DNA from: an uncultured Pseudomonadota bacterium
GTDB lineage: Bacteria > Pseudomonadota > Alphaproteobacteria > Rs-D84
Reading direction: 5' to 3'
Assembly: GCA_902774285.1 (NCBI GenBank)
Contig: CACYHO010000001.1
Span: 73,303 to 137,302, forward strand
DNA length: 64,000 nucleotides
The position numbers and the translations under genes are program-made. This document shows positions 17,420 to 27,019 of the stretch, piece after piece (the first letter of the stretch is position 1; every line of letters starts with the position of its first letter). A model generated the notes under the pieces. The model had not been told where the DNA came from. It worked only from the letters and a program-made list of their open reading frames with translations, and did not search any database.

Positions 17420-18298
17420 TTAAAATAATATTTTTACATCCACACCCAATCCAATTTCATTATCTTCAAATTCATAATCAAAGTGTGCAACATATTGTGT
17501 ATTGCCATATTGACGCAATAATTTCAAATTCAACCATTCTTGATTTGGTAACCAGCGTGTATTAGTCGATTTACGAATATCAAATCCTATACCTGCGCGC
17601 CAATCATATTGAAAACGAAAATATGCTTCTGGAATAAAATCAAGATATGACAACCCGCGAGTATCATCAAACACCCATGTAGATTTTACCGTTCCTGCTA
17701 ATGTTATACCTGTGTACTGACGGCCAAAGCGCAAGCCTGCAAAATAAGTAGAATCTGCATATTGTGGTGTTCTTACGTGTGAAGAACCCCAAAGTTTTAA
17801 ACCAAACAACACATCAGATATAATGTGATTTTCATTAAACCCATGGCTCATACGGTATGTTCCGCCAAATTCAGTACTTGAAAAACCATTTTCATCATTA
17901 CCGGACCAATCCCATTGATATAACATATTTGCATGTATAACAAAATTATTGTTTATACCATAACCAATATATTCCCCCACATGCAGACGATCATCATAAT
18001 GTGAAACATATGTATCAGATAAAAATTGGTTATCCCCAATTAAAAATAAAGGATCAGACAAATCATTAGATAACACACTTTTAGTAGCAGGTTTTATCTG
18101 TTTACTAACATAAGAACCAGATTGAGACACAGAATAATTATTTGAAGTAGATGTTTTCGGCGCAACAAATGGTTCTTCATTAGCCGCCACATTAACACTT
18201 TCGTCATCAGACACATAAGTATCAGATAAAACAACACCTTCGCCGTATGCACTTGTTATGCCGAATATAGCAATCATCAAAAATAAATATTTTTTCAT
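17420..18298 (-). CDS. Beta-barrel outer membrane protein, uncharacterised
   Basis: Signal peptide (FGITSAYG-EG), aromatic-rich alternating strands and C-terminal Phe (VKILF). Confidence 0.6.
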   Translation of the reverse strand: MKKYLFLMIAIFGITSAYGEGVVLSDTYVSDDESVNVAANEEPFVAPKTSTSNNYSVSQSGSYVSKQIKPATKSVLSNDLSDPLFLIGDNQFLSDTYVSHYDDRLHVGEYIGYGINNNFVIHANMLYQWDWSGNDENGFSSTEFGGTYRMSHGFNENHIISDVLFGLKLWGSSHVRTPQYADSTYFAGLRFGRQYTGITLAGTVKSTWVFDDTRGLSYLDFIPEAYFRFQYDWRAGIGFDIRKSTNTRWLPNQEWLNLKLLRQYGNTQYVAHFDYEFEDNEIGLGVDVKILF

Positions 18299-18329
18299 AT
18301 CTTAAACACCAATTTGTTAAATAAGAATA

Positions 18330-19613
18330 TTAGAAGTACAAGATAGCCTGAACCCCAATTTTCCATTCGTTATAATCTTTGATTTTATAATCACCAATAG
18401 TATACAAATGTTTACTATCTGTGAATTGTTCTACATCGTTTACTTTTGGATAAGCTGTTGGATTAATATCATTATTCATATACTGTCTTATTTTTCCTTT
18501 TGCAGAATCATACAGACTTGTTGAAGCATATAGATTTAAAGCAAAACTATCCGCAGGTTGCCAACCGATTGCACCCTTGATATTCAATTGATTGTGCCAA
18601 TCATAATGCCCATACATCATTTCACCGTTTAATGTAAAATATTTATTCAAGACAGCAAATGCACCAATACCACCTTCTACTTGTAAAATATTTTTTATAT
18701 CTGTTTTATAAGAAAGCATTAAATAATCGCCAGTGCTGTTATCAACATAAATACCGTATGTATCACCCTTGATCAAATTACTGTAAGAAATACGACCAAT
18801 TCCATATATTGTTGCTCTGTTAACTTTATATCCAGCCTTTACAGCCCCCATAAATGTATTTGCTGCATCTTTTTGGTGTTGATAAAAGAATTCAGCCATA
18901 GCAATCCATTCATTTGTATCAACAAAACGATTCTGTAAACCAATACCAAATACATTCAATCCAGAATCAGACTTGCTATCCCCTGCAGTTCCATCAGACC
19001 AACCATTAAATTCTACTTTGGTTTTATCGTATTGCGCCATCAAAACCAAAGACAAAGTGTCTGTTAAACCATAACTTAAGTCTTCTTTAACTGCGAATTG
19101 AGATGTATTTGCTTTACCAGAAACAACTGGATTTACAATACCACTTACAGGTGTGCCAAGATAAGTACTTGATGAAGGATCAATGTTGTATACTGTACCA
19201 TTTAACATATCAAAATTAAAATGATTACGTGCATAAGATAAATCTGTAACAGATCCAACCTTACCTTTTAATGGTTGAAAGAAAGGATTGGCCAAAAAGA
19301 ATTTTCTTTCTTGGGCCGAATAAGATTTTTTGACTGTTGTAGATTGTTTTTTACCTGGATTATAATAACCGGTATTTTTATATACACCCCTTGATGTGTA
19401 AGATTGTACAGGTTGATTATAATAAAAATTATTAGTTATTACATTGCCATAACCGCCTGTTTTACGACTTGTACTAGCCCTTTTATAAGTACTTGTCTTT
19501 ACAGTTGGTGTTGTATAATACCCACTTCTTGATTGCTTATACTCATATGCAGATGCAGAAACAAACGGCACCAATGCAACCAAAGCCAAAGCAAGCGTGT
19601 ACTTTTTCATCAA
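18330..19613 (-). CDS. Beta-barrel outer membrane protein, uncharacterised
   Basis: Signal peptide (VPFVSASA-YE), a Y/T/S/K-rich N-terminal segment, then a beta-barrel pattern ending AILYF. Confidence 0.6.
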   Translation of the reverse strand: MMKKYTLALALVALVPFVSASAYEYKQSRSGYYTTPTVKTSTYKRASTSRKTGGYGNVITNNFYYNQPVQSYTSRGVYKNTGYYNPGKKQSTTVKKSYSAQERKFFLANPFFQPLKGKVGSVTDLSYARNHFNFDMLNGTVYNIDPSSSTYLGTPVSGIVNPVVSGKANTSQFAVKEDLSYGLTDTLSLVLMAQYDKTKVEFNGWSDGTAGDSKSDSGLNVFGIGLQNRFVDTNEWIAMAEFFYQHQKDAANTFMGAVKAGYKVNRATIYGIGRISYSNLIKGDTYGIYVDNSTGDYLMLSYKTDIKNILQVEGGIGAFAVLNKYFTLNGEMMYGHYDWHNQLNIKGAIGWQPADSFALNLYASTSLYDSAKGKIRQYMNNDINPTAYPKVNDVEQFTDSKHLYTIGDYKIKDYNEWKIGVQAILYF

Positions 19614-19681
19614 AAAACTCCTTTCCGTTTTGTTATATTATATCATAAAAAAGACCTGTAAAAAAGACAAAAAAACATAAA

Positions 19682-21904
19682 TTATAAAATATGTCTTTTA
19701 CCACCAGCGTCAGGTGCACTTACCACACCTTCATTTTCCATGCGTTCTATAAGGGTGGCCGCTTTATTATACCCAATACCAAGTCTACGTTGAATATAAG
19801 AAATTGTTGGTTTTTTATCACGGATTACTATTTCTTTAGCTTGTTCATAAAGGTCATTAGATTTTGCTTCTTTGGACATAGGCATTCCTGGTATCACACC
19901 ACCAGTATCACCGGATTCTTCATTTGTAACACCTTCTGCATATTCTGGTTCTCCTTGTTCGCGCAAGAAATCAGCAACACGATTAACTTCTTCGTTATCA
20001 ACCAATGCGGCATGTATACGAACAGGTGCACGCCCTGCCTCACTGAACAACATGTCTCCCTGTGGCAATAATTGTTCTGCGCCTTTTTCACCCAATGTTG
20101 TCATAGAATCAATTGCTGAACGCGCTTGGAAAGATATACGTGTTGGGAAATTAGCCTTGATAACACCAGTGATAACATCGGCACTTGGACGCTGAGTTGC
20201 CATGACAAGATGAATACCAGCCGCACGCGCTTTTTGTGCCAATCTCTGAACACACATTTCAACATCTTTACGTGCAATTGTCATAAGGTCTGCAACCTCG
20301 TCTATAATTATAACAAGATAAGCCATATCAGATAAATCAACAGCTTTTGTTTCAAATTCAAATTCACCAGTCTCAGGATCTGTTCCAACAACAACCTGTT
20401 CTGTCATAACTTCGCCACTTTCACGTAATTTTGCAACTTTTTCATTATATTCGCCAATATTACGAACGCCCATCTTTTTAAGTTTTTGATATCTGTCTTC
20501 CATATCACGGACAGACCATTTTAATGCATTAACTGCTTCAGTAGCATCAGTTACCACAGGAGTAATAAGATGTGGCACATTATCCCATGCTGCAAAATCA
20601 ACAGCCTTTGGATCAATGATCATTAATTTACATTTATCCGGTGTAAAGTGGTAAACGATAGATGTTATAATTGATTGAACAAATACGGATTTTCCAGAAC
20701 CCGTACGCCCTGCAACCAACATATGTGGCATTTTCGCCAAATCATAATACATTGCTTCGCCACTTATATTAACTCCCAATGCCAAAGGTATCGCATATCT
20801 AGAATTAACAAAAGATGGATTGGACATCAGTGTTTGATAACGTACAATTTTGCGATCAACATTAACCATTTCAACACCAATATACTGTGTTCCTGCAATT
20901 GGTGTTATACGAATTTTTTCTGTTGCCATTGCACGTGTCATATCTTTTGCAGTATCAGTAATTTTATTTATACGCGTCCCTGGTTCTGGTTCAAATTCAT
21001 ATTGCGTAACAATTGGGCCTGGTTTTATACCAACAACTTTACCAAATATACCAAATTCTTCAAAATGATCTTGCAACAAAACAGCTGTCTGTTTGAATTC
21101 CGGCGTAATAACATTTTTACCAAACAAAGATTTTTCTAATAATTCAGGTGGAGGTAATTCATATTCATGTGCTTCAGCAGCCCCAACGGCAACAACACGC
21201 TTACGCACAGCCTTGCGACGTTTGGGTTTTTCTTCTAATTCTTCCTCTTCATCTTCTTCTGTTTCTTCTTCGTATTCCTCTTCTTCGTCTTCATATTCTT
21301 CTTCTGGTTCAACAGGTGTTATTAAATGGAATACAGACAATAACCATTTTATTACATTAACAGTAGATACAAAAGCAGCCTTTACATGTAACCATTTTAT
21401 ATGCAATAAAATACCAGACATCACCAAGAACAATAAAAATAATAAAATACCAATCGGCAGTGACGCAAACCCAAGTATAGGTGCAACATCTCCGGCAACA
21501 ACAGCCCCTGCAAGTCCACCAAAACTTTTACTTGGCCACATTAATCCCAATGCAGCACACCCAATACATAATGTCACAAAACCACGTAATAAATTGTATT
21601 CTGGCGCACGTTCTTCATCCCAACCAATAAATAAACTTAAACCAAAGCGTCCAAGACACAAAAACAAGAATAATGCTGGTATAAAACCAACAACATATCT
21701 TGCAAACAAGACAATATTTCCAATAATACCTTGGTTTCCAAATGTCCCCTTGACAGCAAAACCCGACAAGTATGGATTATAAAAAAACAACGCGAAAACC
21801 AACCACAAAGAACACAAACAAAACAAAACACCAATTGCACGCACAGATAACTTGCGTAACATAACAGATATGCTGGTTGGTAAAAAATTCGACTTTCTGC
21901 TCAT
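19682..21904 (-). CDS. ftsK: DNA translocase FtsK
   Basis: N-terminal TM helices, an acidic linker, a motor domain (AGRTGSGKSV Walker A, LVIIIDEVADL Walker B) and a gamma winged-helix (ISYIQRRLGIGYNKAATLIERME). The ATG at 21904 is preferred; the alternative TTG is at 21940. Confidence 0.93.
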   Translation of the reverse strand: MSRKSNFLPTSISVMLRKLSVRAIGVLFCLCSLWLVFALFFYNPYLSGFAVKGTFGNQGIIGNIVLFARYVVGFIPALFLFLCLGRFGLSLFIGWDEERAPEYNLLRGFVTLCIGCAALGLMWPSKSFGGLAGAVVAGDVAPILGFASLPIGILLFLLFLVMSGILLHIKWLHVKAAFVSTVNVIKWLLSVFHLITPVEPEEEYEDEEEEYEEETEEDEEEELEEKPKRRKAVRKRVVAVGAAEAHEYELPPPELLEKSLFGKNVITPEFKQTAVLLQDHFEEFGIFGKVVGIKPGPIVTQYEFEPEPGTRINKITDTAKDMTRAMATEKIRITPIAGTQYIGVEMVNVDRKIVRYQTLMSNPSFVNSRYAIPLALGVNISGEAMYYDLAKMPHMLVAGRTGSGKSVFVQSIITSIVYHFTPDKCKLMIIDPKAVDFAAWDNVPHLITPVVTDATEAVNALKWSVRDMEDRYQKLKKMGVRNIGEYNEKVAKLRESGEVMTEQVVVGTDPETGEFEFETKAVDLSDMAYLVIIIDEVADLMTIARKDVEMCVQRLAQKARAAGIHLVMATQRPSADVITGVIKANFPTRISFQARSAIDSMTTLGEKGAEQLLPQGDMLFSEAGRAPVRIHAALVDNEEVNRVADFLREQGEPEYAEGVTNEESGDTGGVIPGMPMSKEAKSNDLYEQAKEIVIRDKKPTISYIQRRLGIGYNKAATLIERMENEGVVSAPDAGGKRHIL

Positions 21905-21944
21905 AATTGGTATTTTATCACAAATTAAGGCAAAGTGCAAAAAT

Positions 21945-22622
21945 CTATTTTGAATTGATTTTCTTTAATAATGCTTTTGCAAAATCAGCACACAACATAC
22001 CAACAAATGCACCAACAATAACATCGCTGACCCAATGTGCACCAATATAAATACGTGATGCACCAACCATTATTGCCAAAGTCCAAGTGGCCCATTTAAT
22101 TTTTGGGAACAACATCCCTAACATAACCAGTGTCGCGAAAGCGACAGCTGTATGACCAGACGGCATTGAATGAAATTCGCTGCTGTTAGAAAACATATTG
22201 AACAATGTTGGATCTGCAAACATTGGGCGTGCACGTCCAATAATTATCTTTAATATCTTTGTAAAACCACATGCAAACAATATTGATAAAAAAACATAAA
22301 ACACATAACTGTTTTTGATCTTTACAAAAGCATATCTAAAATCATTTTCATTTTTGATGGCTTTAATTCCAAAAAACGCAATGACAGATATTAATGAAAC
22401 AATCAATAAAACTTTCCAATTAAAGATTGTGCCCAAAACCAATGTAGCAACACATAAATCATTTTTTGTATCAGGAACATTAACATTACATGATGGGTTA
22501 TTAATTAAATCAAACAAAGGTTTGTCAAAAAATAAAACACCTAATAAAGCCAATACTAAAGTGATTAAAGCACCCCAACCAATCCATTTCCATTTCAATG
22601 TATTATCTTTTTTTATAAACAT
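21945..22622 (-). CDS. PAP2-family lipid phosphatase
   Basis: KxxxxxxRP (KIIIGRARP), PSGH (SMPSGHT) and SRxxxxxHxxxD (SRIYIGAHWVSD) acid-phosphatase motifs in a multi-TM protein. Confidence 0.85.
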   Translation of the reverse strand: MFIKKDNTLKWKWIGWGALITLVLALLGVLFFDKPLFDLINNPSCNVNVPDTKNDLCVATLVLGTIFNWKVLLIVSLISVIAFFGIKAIKNENDFRYAFVKIKNSYVFYVFLSILFACGFTKILKIIIGRARPMFADPTLFNMFSNSSEFHSMPSGHTAVAFATLVMLGMLFPKIKWATWTLAIMVGASRIYIGAHWVSDVIVGAFVGMLCADFAKALLKKINSK

Positions 22623-22623
22623 T

Positions 22624-24132
22624 TTATAAATCCATTAATTCATTATATATATTTTTATCAGTTAAAATTTTCAAACTGACCGCTGATGCCATACTGTCTT
22701 CATCTTCGCCACTGGTGATATTTGGACATGCTTTACGCAAAGCTTTTACATCTACATTTTTATTACTGTTATAATCACGCGCATTAAAATCACCGTTAAT
22801 TATATTAAGAAAGAAAGCTTCACGTTGTTGTGTATTTCTTATATTAGATAAACAAACCAACGGGAACACGCCTCGTCCATCAATGGAATTTCCTTTACCA
22901 GTCTTTACAGATTTATTTAACAATACCAAAACGCCACCATTATTTAAATCTATATGACTTGCGATTCTTGCGCGACCTGCTGTTGGCGTTCCAATTAAAA
23001 CACCACGTTTATTTTCATAAAAAGCAGATGCTATCGCTTCGCTTGTACCACTGGTATTATCGGAAATTAAAACAACAACAGGCGCTTTTGTAATAGCTTC
23101 ACCACCAGGAATAATTTCTAATTCATCAACCGCTGTTTCTCTTATTCTCATCACAGGAACAGATCCCATAAACAAACCCGCCATTTTTGCAGCCGCTTTT
23201 TCATCATCGCCCTTGGCGGTTCTTAAATCTAAAATAATTCCACCAACATCATTATATTTTGCCAATGCTTCATTAACAATATCAACAGCCCCATCAGATA
23301 CTTTGTGAACAACTATTTCTAATATACCGTCTGTTGTTGCATTTTTTGCACGATGAATAATATCAGCATCTGCCAACACAACTGTTGCACGACGCAATGT
23401 TACATTTCTGTTTCCAAAAGGTGTTAATAATTTTATTTTCACAGTCCCAGAATTATACCCAGATAACACAGCACTCATATCTGCATCAGACATTTGTGCA
23501 ACACGTTTACCATTAACTTCTGATATTATATCGCCTTCATGAATTCCGGCAATATCCGCAGGTGAATCTTTATAAACCCCAGTTATTCTGAAATTAGATT
23601 TAAAATCACGTCCGCCATCAAAACCTATACTGGTCAAAATACGCGTGTCTGCATCATTAATTGCATCACGTGAATATACATATGTTCCATTTTGATCTAT
23701 GCCACTAAGCAACGCATTAACAACAACTTGATACAAACTTGTTTCAGGCAAAGAATGTAATTGTTTGTCTTTTTCGCGCATCTTTAAAATCAAAGCTGTT
23801 GTAATTTCACCATACGCCTTCCAATCTTTACTTTCTGGATAAGGATAATTAGCAATCAATTCATCACCCCAAACCAAAACGGCCCTTTCACCAGTTGCAG
23901 CAATATGTGCATCAGGGTTTATTTTTTCCAGATTTTCTATTGCAACACCAACATTCTTTCCAGCCCAATTCACACCATCTAATTTCTCATAAATATCAGC
24001 AAACACATCAGATACAGCATGAACATTTATACCATCAATATACTTAGCGTCATCATAAAATAATTCAGATGCACAAAGCAGCCCAGGGAAACAGATTAAA
24101 CCTGTCGCCAACAGTAAATTTGTTATTTTCAT
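22624..24132 (-). CDS. S41 (C-terminal processing peptidase)-like periplasmic protein with PDZ domain, catalytic dyad apparently substituted
   Basis: Signal peptide, PDZ (ITGVYKDSPADIAGIHEGDIISEVNGKRV), GIILDLR and VVVLISDNTSGTSEAIASAF...GTPTAGRA. In my by-eye alignment to GSASASE...TFGKG, Ser becomes Gly and Lys becomes Arg. Confidence 0.65.
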   Translation of the reverse strand: MKITNLLLATGLICFPGLLCASELFYDDAKYIDGINVHAVSDVFADIYEKLDGVNWAGKNVGVAIENLEKINPDAHIAATGERAVLVWGDELIANYPYPESKDWKAYGEITTALILKMREKDKQLHSLPETSLYQVVVNALLSGIDQNGTYVYSRDAINDADTRILTSIGFDGGRDFKSNFRITGVYKDSPADIAGIHEGDIISEVNGKRVAQMSDADMSAVLSGYNSGTVKIKLLTPFGNRNVTLRRATVVLADADIIHRAKNATTDGILEIVVHKVSDGAVDIVNEALAKYNDVGGIILDLRTAKGDDEKAAAKMAGLFMGSVPVMRIRETAVDELEIIPGGEAITKAPVVVLISDNTSGTSEAIASAFYENKRGVLIGTPTAGRARIASHIDLNNGGVLVLLNKSVKTGKGNSIDGRGVFPLVCLSNIRNTQQREAFFLNIINGDFNARDYNSNKNVDVKALRKACPNITSGEDEDSMASAVSLKILTDKNIYNELMDL

Positions 24133-24163
24133 TTTTATCTCCTTTCCCCTGGTGTGTGTATCT

Positions 24164-25027
24164 TTAATAATCTGTTTCTCTTAAATTAAAGTGATACAAA
24201 ATAACATTTGAAATGTAAATACTTGTTAATGTTCCACTTATGATAGAGAATGTCATTGCAACAGCAAATTCGCGTAACATTTGACCACCGAACAAATAAA
24301 TACCAACCATCGCCAAAATAGTAGATACACTGGTCATAATTGTTCGATACAACATTTCGTTAACGGACAAATCGATAACATCACTTATCGGCATTTTATG
24401 ATATTTTTTGATATTTTCGTCAATACGATCATAATTCACAACCTTGTCATTAACAGAATAACCGACACCCATCAAAATAACCGCAATTGCTGTTTGATTA
24501 AATTCAAGGCCTGCTATTGAAAAGAATCCAAACATTAATACAAGGTCGAATATCAATGACACAAAAGAACCAACAGCATATCCACCACGATATCTTATCC
24601 AAATATATATAGACATCATTATAAATGATACCAATATAGCCAAGATACCACCGCGAATTAATTCACCGCCAATCTTTGGTCCAACAACTTGCACCTGGGA
24701 ATAAGTTACACGATTGCCCAAAATATTTTTAATTTCTGCAACACGAATATTTTGTTCTTCATCGGTTGACCCCTTTGGCAAACCGACACGCAACAAAACA
24801 GCATTTCCGTCAATAGCCTGTAATTCAGGTTTAAATGCCGCCAAATCATGACGCATCTTATCAACAGTATATTCTGCATTGGTTGGAACAACTTCCATAG
24901 AAATACCACCAGAAAAGTCGATACCATAATTAAAACCTTTGAATACAATTGAAATAATGGAAAGCGCAATACAGATTGCAGAAATCCAATATGATAATTT
25001 ACGATATTTCATAAAATGCAGTTTCAT
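24164..25027 (-). CDS. secF: Protein translocase subunit SecF
   Basis: Six-TM SecF layout (GIDFSGG, GYSVNDKVVNYDRI) directly downstream of secD. Confidence 0.92.
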   Translation of the reverse strand: MKLHFMKYRKLSYWISAICIALSIISIVFKGFNYGIDFSGGISMEVVPTNAEYTVDKMRHDLAAFKPELQAIDGNAVLLRVGLPKGSTDEEQNIRVAEIKNILGNRVTYSQVQVVGPKIGGELIRGGILAILVSFIMMSIYIWIRYRGGYAVGSFVSLIFDLVLMFGFFSIAGLEFNQTAIAVILMGVGYSVNDKVVNYDRIDENIKKYHKMPISDVIDLSVNEMLYRTIMTSVSTILAMVGIYLFGGQMLREFAVAMTFSIISGTLTSIYISNVILYHFNLRETDY

Positions 25028-25059
25028 AATTTTACCCCTTTGATTGCATTTTCTTTATA

Positions 25060-26619
25060 TTATTTATTTCTTATATAACCAATTTTTTTGCTTTTGCCGT
25101 TCATATAATAATCAACAAAAACACGTGTTAACAACAAGCAAGTAAACAATGTTGTTGCCACACCAATTGATAATGTAACTGCAAACCCACGAATTGGACC
25201 TGCACCAAATTGGAACAAAATCAATGCACAGATAAGGTTGGTTAATTCACCGTCCAAAACAGTTTTGGTAGAACGTGTAAATCCATAATCAACAGCACGC
25301 AAAGTTGGAACACCTTCACGAACTTCATCACGAATTCTTTCAAATGGCAATATGTTTGCGTCCACTGCCATACCAAGTGTTAACACGATACCAGCAATAC
25401 CAGGCAATGTAAGTGTTGCACCAAACAACGCAGATACACCAACGATCATCAAAAGGTTAACAATCAAAACAATATCTGCAAACAAACCAAATATTCCATA
25501 CAACATTGCCATAAATACAAGAACAAACAAAACACCAACCGCAGAACCAATTTTACCAGTTGCGATTGTATCAGCACCAAGTCCGGCACCGACTGTTCTT
25601 TCTTCTATAACTTCCAATGGGGCTGGCAATGCACCTGAACGCAATAACACAGCCAAATCTTTTGCACTTTGCAATGTAAAGTTTCCAGAAATTTGACCAC
25701 GACCACCAGGAATCGGTTCACGAATTGTTGGGGCGGACAAAACTTTTTCATCCAAAACAATTGCAAATCTTTCATTAACATGTTCTGTCGTTAACTTGGC
25801 AAAACGACGCGCACCAGATGCATCAAATTCAGTTGTAACAACAGGCATATTATTTTGATCAAATGACGCTTCTGAATTTTTCAAGCTATCGCCAGATACT
25901 TCAACACGTGAATACACAGGGATCTTTTGACCTGGATTTTCCATATATTCCAAGAACATAGTCCCACTTGGCGCATGACCAGATGCCAATTGTTCATTTG
26001 TAATATTTTCATTTACCAAATGAAAAGTCATCTTTGCGGTACGTCCAATCAATTCTTTGATATGTTCAGGATTGTCTACACCAGGTAATTGAACTAAGAT
26101 ATATTTACCACCTTGGGATTGGATTGATGGTTCTTTTGTTCCCAACGCATCAATACGACGACGCACAATTTCAATACTGCGTGTCATCGCATCGTCTATC
26201 ATTTCTTGACGTGCTTTTGATGTATAAGCAATCGTCAAAGTTCTACCAGACGAAGAAACATCTACGATATTACCCAAAACACTTTTAAGACGGCCTTTGG
26301 CTTTTGATACTTCGCCACTTTCACGAACAACCAAAGACACACCATTACCAGTATTACGTAATTCTGAAAAACGAATAACGCCTTTGCTTCTGTCAATCAA
26401 AGCACTGCGCACTTCATCATAAAGTTGTGCAGATTTTTCTTTTAACATAACATCTGTATCAACTTCCAACAAAAGTTGTGCCCCACCTTTCAAATCCAAC
26501 CCAAGTGGAATTGGTTGAATCCAAGATGGAAAATATGGTGCCAATTTTGGAGAAATCGTTGGAACAGCCAACAACATGCCAAACAACGATATAAATATAA
26601 TTGCTAATTTCCTAAACAT
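25060..26619 (-). CDS. secD: Protein translocase subunit SecD
   Basis: LGLDLKGG, a large periplasmic loop, and a C-terminal TM bundle with LTLPGIAGIVLTLGMAVDANIL. Confidence 0.93.
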   Translation of the reverse strand: MFRKLAIIFISLFGMLLAVPTISPKLAPYFPSWIQPIPLGLDLKGGAQLLLEVDTDVMLKEKSAQLYDEVRSALIDRSKGVIRFSELRNTGNGVSLVVRESGEVSKAKGRLKSVLGNIVDVSSSGRTLTIAYTSKARQEMIDDAMTRSIEIVRRRIDALGTKEPSIQSQGGKYILVQLPGVDNPEHIKELIGRTAKMTFHLVNENITNEQLASGHAPSGTMFLEYMENPGQKIPVYSRVEVSGDSLKNSEASFDQNNMPVVTTEFDASGARRFAKLTTEHVNERFAIVLDEKVLSAPTIREPIPGGRGQISGNFTLQSAKDLAVLLRSGALPAPLEVIEERTVGAGLGADTIATGKIGSAVGVLFVLVFMAMLYGIFGLFADIVLIVNLLMIVGVSALFGATLTLPGIAGIVLTLGMAVDANILPFERIRDEVREGVPTLRAVDYGFTRSTKTVLDGELTNLICALILFQFGAGPIRGFAVTLSIGVATTLFTCLLLTRVFVDYYMNGKSKKIGYIRNK

Positions 26620-26637
26620 TTACATACCCCTGTGAAA

Positions 26638-26952
26638 TTATTCAATTGATGCAACAGCGTGTTTGTTAACTTCAATAACAACACCTTTTGCAATTTCCAT
26701 TTCTATTGTTTTTTCATTTACTTTTTTGACAGTGCCATAAATACCAGCAGCCAAAATACGATTGCCAACCTTGATACTGTCTAACATTTTCTGATATTCG
26801 GCCATACGTTTTTTATTTGGACGTATCATAAACAAATACAATACAGCCATTATAATAATGCAATAAACAATCATACCCCACATACTGCCTTGTGGTTGAG
26901 CAGCAGGAACAGTTTGCGTCACTTGATTTGCAACTTCAATCGTTTGATTCAT
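26638..26952 (-). CDS. yajC: Preprotein translocase subunit YajC
   Basis: 104 aa with a single TM helix then RPNKKRMAEYQKMLDSIKVGNRILAAGIYGTV, upstream of secDF. Confidence 0.9.
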   Translation of the reverse strand: MNQTIEVANQVTQTVPAAQPQGSMWGMIVYCIIIMAVLYLFMIRPNKKRMAEYQKMLDSIKVGNRILAAGIYGTVKKVNEKTIEMEIAKGVVIEVNKHAVASIE

Positions 26953-27019
26953 GAAAAATCTCCTTTTTTATATACCAAGCCTAGTAAAAATTGAGAGATA
27001 AGTAAAGCAAAAAGAGAGC

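Noticed and set aside
21093-21782. A 229-aa Ser-rich ORF (SSSSSSVSSSYSSSSSSYSSS) and other ORFs antisense to ftsK.
   Set aside because: It is the mirror image of the GAA-rich acidic linker and lies entirely within the strongly supported ftsK frame.
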